In this document: piece by piece, positions 56,151-64,000 of the stretch
Numbering within the stretch: the stretch's first letter is position 1
Layout of the letters: every line of letters starts with the position of its first letter
Assembly: GCA_965112735.1 (NCBI GenBank)
Contig: OZ218957.1
Location: 3,100,001-3,164,000 of the forward strand
Length of the DNA stretch: 64,000 nt
Direction: 5' to 3'
Source: Phaeosaccion multiseriatum
Taxonomy: Eukaryota; Protista; Ochrophyta, other classes
Made by a program: the position numbers and the translations under genes
The notes under the pieces: generated by a model
The model's input: only the letters and a program-made list of their open reading frames with translations
Told to the model about the DNA's origin: nothing
Database searches by the model: none

Positions 56151-56385
56151 CGAGGGAGGGACAGCACCGCAGTCACAGATGGCAGCAGCGGTAGTAATAG
56201 TGATGGTGGTGTGCCCCGCCTCCCTCGTGCGCTGGACAAGAGGAGGGCGGTGCTGTACAGCGTGACGAGGGCCGTGAGCGAGATTGTGCTCATCAAAGTC
56301 GCAGCCAAACAGGCCGCGCAGGACCGTGGACAGAGGATGGCAGTGGAAGGAGGTGGAAGTGGAAGTCGTGGGGATGGGGAGCGAG

Positions 56386-56416
<31 letters not shown>

Positions 56417-59400
56417 TAGTGGTAGTAGCAGTAGTAGCAGAGAGGGACGTAAGAAACAAAGGTTAAGGCGGAGAGGTGGAGGCGGGGGTGGAGGAGGTGA
56501 AGGTGAAGAAGGCCCACTTGGGGAAGCATTACGCTTCTCTCTGCGACTCATCTTGGAGCAAGTACCCTCGAGAGAGCGGCACGACATGTTGCTCCTCCTC
56601 TGTAGGGGATACTTCCCTCCGCCTGGCCAAGATCCCTTCATCACCTTGCCACCACGACCACCTGCTGTCAGAGGAGGAGAAGAAGAAGAGCAGCAGCGCG
56701 GCCGTCTCGGTATTGGCCTTCTCGACCTTGGTCTCACTCGGGAGGGGGAGGGGGAAGGGAAGGAGGAAGAGGACAAGAGGGCAAGTGGTCGCATAGGTGG
56801 TGATCCAAGTCGTCGTGACTGTGACCCCATGACCTCCGTGTGGGGTCCCTCCTGGCCCAGTTTGGCCGATGCTTTCGCTCCTGCCAAGCACAAGATGGAC
56901 GAGTTGGCTCTACCCCAGGGCGACGCACGTTTGGCATTTGTATGTCTGGAGATCCCGGCGCGACTGGCGACGACGACGGGGGATGCATGTACAGGAGTTG
57001 GTGATACGGGGGTGGCCAGACTAGTGGGGCTCTTGGCCACTGCCGGCACTCGAGCGACGAAGGCGAGGGAGAGGAAAAGGGAGAGCGCCCGCACGCGAGG
57101 AGGAGCCGTCCTCAGTGGGGGGGAGAATGAGAGCCAAGCAGGAGGGCCGGTAGTTGGTGATACAGCAGCCGTTGGTGAGACAGCAGCAAGTGGTAGTGAT
57201 GCCGCAGCACTTGGTGATACAGGCGCCGACGTGGAGGGTATCCTAAAGGCCCTCCGCCGATGGGTGATGCAGCAGCTTGTGGGGGCCCAAGTCAACGACG
57301 GCAAGGGGGGGAGGCCCATGCATGACAACCCGACAGCGCCCGTCATACACAAGACGCACAAGCGGATGGTGCTCCAGCGGCGGTGTACAGCAGCAGCAGT
57401 TGGTAGTACGGCATCAGCAGGAAGAGGGAGAAAGCGGGAGGATGGCAGTGAATGGGCAGACATGGTACGCGAGGTGGGCGTGCTGGTCCTGGCCATGAGC
57501 GACGCAGCGGCGGAGCTTGATCCGAGTGGGGATAGTAACGGTAGTAACGGTAGTAACGGTAGGAACGGTAGTAACGGTAGTACGAGTGGTAGTGCTGAGG
57601 GACTGGGGGAGGTGGTGAACAGGATCATGTTCGGGGCCTCGGTACTACGGCAAATGCCTCGCTCGGACCCCTCCAGGAGGCGCTTTGAAGCGTACGTCGA
57701 CAAGTGCAACAAGTGCCGAGTTCGATACCGAGAAGTGCTGGAGATTGTGGATGGCTGCCTAGGGAGCTTTTTGGGGGTGGAGGGGGAGGGAGAGGGGGAT
57801 AGGGAGGGGAATGGCAATGGGTGGGGAGGAGGCTCGAAGGCTGCCCACACAGGGCTAGCGGTGGTGCTCGGCAGCGGGGGATGGAGGCAGCCACATCTGC
57901 TTGTGGAGTACATGAACATTCACCGGTAAGTGTGTGTGGGGTAAGGGATGATTTCATCTCTCGGCGACGGATGAGGGAGGATGGCAATGTATGGGACGGG
58001 AGAGAGACAAGGAGAAACGAGGAAGGTGCTGCTGTTTACCCGTTTCCCCTCTCCTCCTCCTCCTCCTCCCCGGCTCCTGCCCCTTGCCCCTGTCGACGTG
58101 ACTAACGGTGTCTGCCGCTGCCCCCATCCACTGCCATCCAGGAGGGCTGGGGAGCAGTACGTGGTCCCGCTGCACAAGCGCTTCCTCCGTGCCCTGCTCC
58201 GTCTGTCGGACGAAACCGTCGAGGACATTCGCTTCAAAGACCCGCTCAACGCCAAGCACCTTAAGGTGAGTGTGTTGGTGATACGCAGATAGACACCGGG
58301 ACAGGGAGGGAGAGAGGGAAAGATGAGAGAGAGAGACTGAGAGAGCGGAGTGATATATATATATATATATAGAGAGAGAGAAAGAGGGAGCCTTCTTCCT
58401 TTGCACCACCTCCCTCCCTCCTTCCCTCCCTCTGTCCGCCCCTCCCTCCCCTACCTCCTCCCTCTCATCTCACTCCTCCCTCCCTCCCTCCCGCCCTCCC
58501 TCCCTCCCTCCCTCCCTCCCCACCCTCCTTTCGAAGGCGTGTGGCGAGCGTGTGAGCGCGCTGTGGAGTGCCCCTCCCCACTCCTCCCTCCTCCCCGGCA
58601 CCGCAGACATTGAGGCCCTGTTCATGATGGGTGAGGAGGTGAGTTGGTGCCCGGACAGAGAGAGAGAGAGGGGTGTAAGGACAGAGATAGAGGGTGTCAG
58701 GACAGAGAGAGAGAGAGGGGTGTCAAGACAGAGAGAGAGAGGGGTGTCAGGACAGAGAGAGAGGGGTGTCAGGACAGAGAGAGAGAGGGGTGTCAGGACA
58801 GAGAGAGAGAGGGGTGTCAGGACAGAGAGAGAGAGGGGTGTCAGGACAGAGAGAGAGAGAGAGGGGTGTCAGGACAGAGAGAGAGAGGGGTGTCAGGACA
58901 GAGATAGAGAGGGGTGTCAGGACAGAGATAGAGGGTGTCAGGACAGAAAGAGAGGATGTCAGGACAGAGAGAGAGGGTGTCAGGACAGAGAGAGAGGGTG
59001 TAAGGACGGAGGAAAAGGGTGTCAGGACAGAGAGAGAGGGTGTCAGGACAGAGAGAGAGGGTGTAACAGGTGGTGTTGGGAGGCCATCCACTCGTCATCT
59101 CGATGCCCACTTATCTCCCTCTACCCCTCCCTCCCTCCCTCTCCCCCTCCCTCCCTCCCTCCCTCTCTCCCTCTTCCCCCCCCCCCCCTCCCTCCTTCCC
59201 TCACTCTCTCCCTCTCCCCCTCCCTCCCTCCCTCCCTCCTTCCCTCACTCCCTCTCCCCCTCTCCCTCCCTCCCTCCCTCCCTCCCTCCCTCCCTCCCTC
59301 CCTCCCTCAAATCGTTGACTTATTGTCCAACCCTACAGGTGCGGTCTTGTCAGGCCATTCACTTGTCCTACATGTTCCAAAACAAGGCGCTGCTTGCCTA

Positions 59401-61022
59401 TGTGCTGCAAGGCAACACGAGGCTGCTGACGGTGGTCAGGGGGACTGGGGCGGGGGGGATGGCAGTGGATGGACAGGCACAGGGGCAGGACCAGAAGCAG
59501 GAGCAGAGGCAGGGGCACGAAGGCGGCAGCGGAAGGGGCAGTGGTAGCGATAGAGGCAACAAGAAGGACAGCAGCGGGGGTGGTACGAGTGGCGGTGTGA
59601 GTGGTGGGATGGCAGCCAATGGCGGCGGTAGGGGGGGCAAGGTGCTCGCTCGAGCGGTGCTACGCTTACTGCTACGGAGCGACTCTCGAGATGCCGTGCT
59701 GCTGCTCGACGAGGTTTACTACGCGGCGGGGAAGGAGCCGGTGTACGAAGAGGATATCCGGTGAGTGTCAGGACTTTGAGTGTGAGTGTCAGGACGTTGA
59801 GTGTGAGTGTCAGGACAGTGAGTGTGTCAGGAATGGAGCATCAGTGAGGGCGGGACGGGTGTGAGTGGGTGAGTGAGTGAGTGAGTGAGTGAGTGAGCGA
59901 GCGAGCGAGTGAGTGAGTGAGTGAGTGAGTGAGTGAGTGAGTGAGTGAGTGGGCGAGTGAGATCCACGAAGAGAGAGAACACTCGTGAGAAGAGTTGGCT
60001 GGAAGTGAATGGTGGTAGAACGCAGGAGAGGAGAGAGGGAACGTATCCAAATCTTCTCCCGTACACCCGTATACTGACTCCGGCCCGTGCTGGTGCTTCG
60101 CCCTCCCCTTCTGCTGCCATCCCCTCGCCTTCTCCTCCCCCCCCAGGCGGCAGGCAGCCCAAACCTCTGCCGTGCTGGGAGTCCCCTGGTGCACAGCCTC
60201 GAGCTCGCTGCCGAGGATCAGAGGGACAAGGGCAGGTCTCACTGAGAGCAGCAGCAGTAGTAATAGTGGTAGTAGTAATCCTAGTACTAGTAGTGGTAGT
60301 AGTAGTGGTAGTAGCAGTAGCAGCAGAAGCAGTGACGGCTGTGCGAGCGGGACAAAGTACGGGTTTCCCGCGGTGGAGCTGGTGGAGGTTTCCGGGGTAT
60401 CACGTTGGTTGTACTCAGACGCCGCCAAAGGTGAATGAACACATTTAGAGAGATGGAGGGAGGAAGGAAGGGAGGAAGGGAGGGCGAGGGGGGGAGGGAG
60501 GGAGGGAGGGAGGGAGGAAGGAAGAACGGAAGGGAGGGAGGGAGGGATCCACTTGACTGATGACCTGGTTACCCTGTTACCCTGCCTGACTGGATCCACT
60601 TGACTGATCACCTGGTTACCCTGTTACCCTGCCTGATTGAGCTCCTCCTCGGCCTCCTTGTCCTTGCCTGCCACCATCTTGCCCCCCTTAACACGCACGC
60701 ACTCACGCACACACCCACCCACGCACCTACACACACGCACCCACACGCAGGGGTACTGACGGCAGTAACATGGAGGAAGCAGCTCAAGCGTGATGACGCG
60801 CTGAAGAGGGACGGTGAGGCAGACAGGGAGACGGAGACGGCTTTGGAGGCGGCACTGCGAGAGAAGAGGACAGAACCAAGAGACCTACGATTTACCGTGC
60901 AGGACGAGTGTTTGCTCTTCAGAGAGGAGGAAGGGCAGGAGGTGGTCGTTGCTGCTATTCGGCTTGAAGAGGAGGAGGAGGAGGAGGAGGAGGAGGAGGC
61001 AGGAGTGGAGCGAGGGGCGTAA
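55119..61022 (+). CDS. Large plastid-targeted protein of unknown function (about 7 exons)
   Basis: Signal peptide [24 protein letters not shown]. In-frame exons at 55119-55625, 55893-57925, 58142-58265, ~58537-58638, 59339-59760, 60147-60430 and 60751-61022. Confidence 0.7.
58670..59067 (+). repeat. Intronic minisatellite, unit GGGTGTCAGGACAGA(GA)n, ~22-28 bp, about 16 copies
   Basis: Direct reading of the tandem units inside the 58639-59338 intron. Confidence 0.95.
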
Positions 61023-61619
61023 CAGCAGCAGGAACAACAGCAGCATCTACAGCAGTTGGTGATACCAGTTTTTTTTGGCTTGGCGCGACGGGGGTGTGGA
61101 AGGGAGGGTCCGGAGCGGCATTGGTACGGCGTGGACGATTGAGGAGATGGGAGTGACTGCCTCGGCTTAGGGGGGGGTGGGGAGGATGGCATCTGCTAGA
61201 CAATAATAAGTAGTAAAGTAAAAGGTTAGTCCCTTCCCTGAAGCTTCCCCAGCCCTACAGTATGAGCGTGTGCCTTGCTGCATAACATTATGTCATTATG
61301 TCAATATTATGTGTTGCACTTTGATTGAGAGCGTGTGCCTTGCTGCATAACATTATGTCAATATTATGTATTGCACTTTGCATGAGAGCGTGTGCCTTGG
61401 CCTTGCTGCCGTTACATGCAGTTGCAGCACGCCACGCCCCTTGGTCGGAGGTGGGAGATGGCAGCAGACGGCGCGGATCCCCGCAACAACGAAGGCAGCG
61501 GCGGAGATGAGCACTTGCTCGTGAAGGAGGGCCTTAACCTCTTATCTGTGCGCTATTCCCCCCCCCCCTCCTGCCTATGGCTTTGGGGTGATTGCTTCCT
61601 CTTCCTTCCTTCCTTCCTT

Positions 61620-63636
61620 CTACTTGCCTTCCTTCCTCAGAGTTGCCAACTCCTCCTCTAACAGAGCTATGCGGCAGATCAGCGCTGCCCTTTCTGCCAT
61701 CCACTGCCTTCCGCAGCCCCCCCCCACTTGGGCAGCCTCGTCATCCCCGTCATGACCCGGCTTGGGGGTCTTCAAGGGGCCCAACACTTCCTCGGTCGAT
61801 GCAATGGTACGAGTGGCGTGCCCTCCTCGGGGAAGGGAAATATCGACATCGATTTGGCGCAGCAGGGTTTGCGCAGTGAAGAAGATGCCATCGACGTCCG
61901 CTTCCTCCCCCCCTCCCTCCTTCTCCTCCTCCTCCTCCTCCTCCTCCTCCTCCTCCTCCTCCTCCTCCTCCCCCTCCTCTCCTTCCTCCTCCCAATCCCC
62001 CCCCTCCTCCCCCTCTCCTCCCTCTCCCTCCTGCTCCTCCTGCTCCTCCTGCTCCTCCCTCTCTTGTTCGGCGGTGTTGTCGCTGCTGCGTAGTGCGTGT
62101 GATGAATCGCCTCCTCCTCCTCTGCGCAAGGTCACACCACGAAACACGCTCCTGAACCTTCGTACTTGCTTGGCTGCCAGTGGATTGGTTGAAGAGAGAG
62201 AGGGAGAGAGAGACGAGAGAGCGACAGACGAGAGAAAACGACTCGAACGACAAGGAAGGGGAGGGTGCGAGTAGAGCAAGTGGTCGTACAAAGTAGCAAC
62301 AGTCACAGACGGTTTAGACGAGGAGGACAACGATGGATGGGGGGAAGAGAGGAAAGAGTGAGTTGAGCCATCCACACGCAGCCCCGTTCGCGTACAAATG
62401 CCACAACGCCTGTGCCCACAGATGGTGGTAGATGGCACTGGATGGTGGTAGTGCTGCGGCTGAAGTGTGTGTCCTCTTGCGCCATCTGTGAGTTCAGCCC
62501 ACTCCGCCACTCACTCACCGCTGTCGACAACCCTGAAGCACAAGTCCCGCCACACCTCATGTGAATTTGAGTTTGAGTGAGAATGACAATGAGAGTGAGA
62601 ATGAGAGATCTGTCTCCTCTTTATCGCGTTCCCTTGTGTGGCCCGGCCACTGAGTGCTCTCTGTCTTGGTTGCAGCGTGAGAGAGAAGTTTCCCACCCCC
62701 CTTGAAGTCGTCCAAGAGACGTGTTCGGAGCCTGAACAATGGGGGGGAGGGGGGCGTGGGCGCAGATAGACAGGCGTATGGGCAGGCATGTAATGGTCAG
62801 GCGTATGGGCAGGCAGGCATATGGTCAAGTGCATGGGCAGGCAGGCAGGCAAGCAGGCAGGTCTGCGATAAGAGGCAGGTAGGCAGAGATAAGACATCGT
62901 CTGAGCAGAGTGTGGCCTTGCTCAGGGAGAGGAAGAGGGAGAGAGAGAGAGAGAGGGGCGGGAGAAGGGAAGAGAGGAGAGGGCATCCGCATCGCACTCA
63001 AACTTACTCACTCACTCACTCACTCACTCCCACTCATTCCCACTCACTCACCCCAGGCCGTCCTCCAAAAGAGATGCTCCAACGACTTGGGGTCCGCAAG
63101 AGGAACATCCAATGAGAGAGAGGCACCCCCCTCGGAAACATCCCCCTCGGGAACGAAGGGCTGCTGACCGCGAAAGGGCTCCTCATCCTCTTCCGTCATG
63201 TGCCCCGATGCCGCACCCCCTGCGAAGGGGGCTGTGCGTTGCGAGCGTGTGTGTGTGGGTGTGTGTGTGCGTGCGTCTGAGTCTCCGCCTCCTTCTCCGC
63301 CTCCTCCTCCTCCTCCTCCTCCTCCTCCTCCTCCTCCTCCTCCTCCCCTTCTCCTCTTCCTCCTCCCCTTGGCTTTCTTGTCCGCGGCAAAGCGTGCCCA
63401 GCAGGGCCCTACAGAGAGCAAATAAGGCGAGGCGTGAGGGTGCTCCCTACTGCCCATATGACTGCTGCTGCCCTTGACCCATGCAGTGCTGCTGCTGCTG
63501 TCGCTGCTCGCGTGCCGCCTGCCCAGGCCCAGACTGAGTAGGCTTGACGTGTGTAGCTTGGGCCCGGGCCCGGGTGTAAGGTGGGTAGGCAGGTCGCTCT
63601 TGCGTGCTGCCTCTGTCGTATGGTCCAGGACCCTGT

Positions 63637-63667
<31 letters not shown>

Positions 63668-64000
63668 CATGTGTGTGTATGTGCGTGAGTGTGTGTGTGT
63701 GCGTGCGTGTGTTTGCGTGTGCGTGGTTATTGCGCGTGTTCGTGTGAGTTGGAGCAAGAATGAACGTCCTGAAACACTCCTCCCATTGACCTCCTTCCCA
63801 CCTTCCCAGGCTACCTACGGCAAATCAACCCAAACTCAAACCCAAACCGAACCTCAAACCCAACCCCCCCTCCTCTCCCACACATACACACGACTACGTA
63901 AGTCTTAGGTTGATTTCTATAACTCAACATACCTGACGAGCTGTGCAGTGCCCCCCCCTTGGGCCTCCGCCTCCCTCGCGTTAAGACAAAGTTCCCCCTC
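61620..64000 (-). CDS. 3' part of a multi-exon gene of unknown function that extends beyond the window; C-terminal coiled coil
   Basis: Exon-like blocks at ~63932-64000, ~63051-63632, ~62519-62732 and 61620-~62180, bounded by GT/AG sites. Ends WMAERAALICRIALLEEELATLRKEGK*. Confidence 0.55.

Noticed and set aside
55796-57919. 707-aa minus-strand ORF and similar long antisense ORFs (e.g. 53423-54526, 51012-51785)
   Set aside because: Shadows of GC-rich, low-complexity exons on the opposite strand, with no recognisable motifs.

Overview
Eukaryotic nuclear DNA with GT-AG introns, most likely from a photosynthetic stramenopile (ochrophyte). That assignment is inferred from three proteins with signal-peptide + Phe (ASAFAP-type) bipartite plastid leaders. 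Bases 1-13.67 kb are a strand-asymmetric (GAGT)n satellite containing related variant cassettes organised into a ~3.0-3.15 kb higher-order repeat. The remaining 50 kb holds about 13 genes, spliced here by hand: a Cys-rich secreted protein, mitoribosomal uL24m and mS35, mitochondrial F1 ATP synthase gamma, a DNAJB12/14-type J protein, a plastid DUF3598-like protein, two intronless F-box-like/ankyrin-like paralogues with an RLE-type non-LTR retrotransposon relic between them, a plastid Fe-ADH-fold probable pseudoenzyme, a DysF-domain protein, a PPR-SMR protein, a large unknown plastid protein and a partial gene at the right edge. Ten of these genes form five head-to-head pairs. The most unusual signals are: (1) the satellite monomer reads as the local 5' splice site, and the array may fill a giant intron; (2) two dispersed 16-mers, GGATGGCAGTGGATGG and CAGCAGTTGGTGATAC, recur across unrelated exons, introns and UTRs on both strands; (3) a ~400-bp fold-back sits inside a 496-bp insertion with no target-site duplication, and its transition mismatches are all G-U compatible on one strand; (4) intron microsatellites resemble amplified splice signals and are often 5'/3' complementary. 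Most ORFs in the supplied track are low-complexity artefacts. No database searches were run; family calls are from motif recognition.
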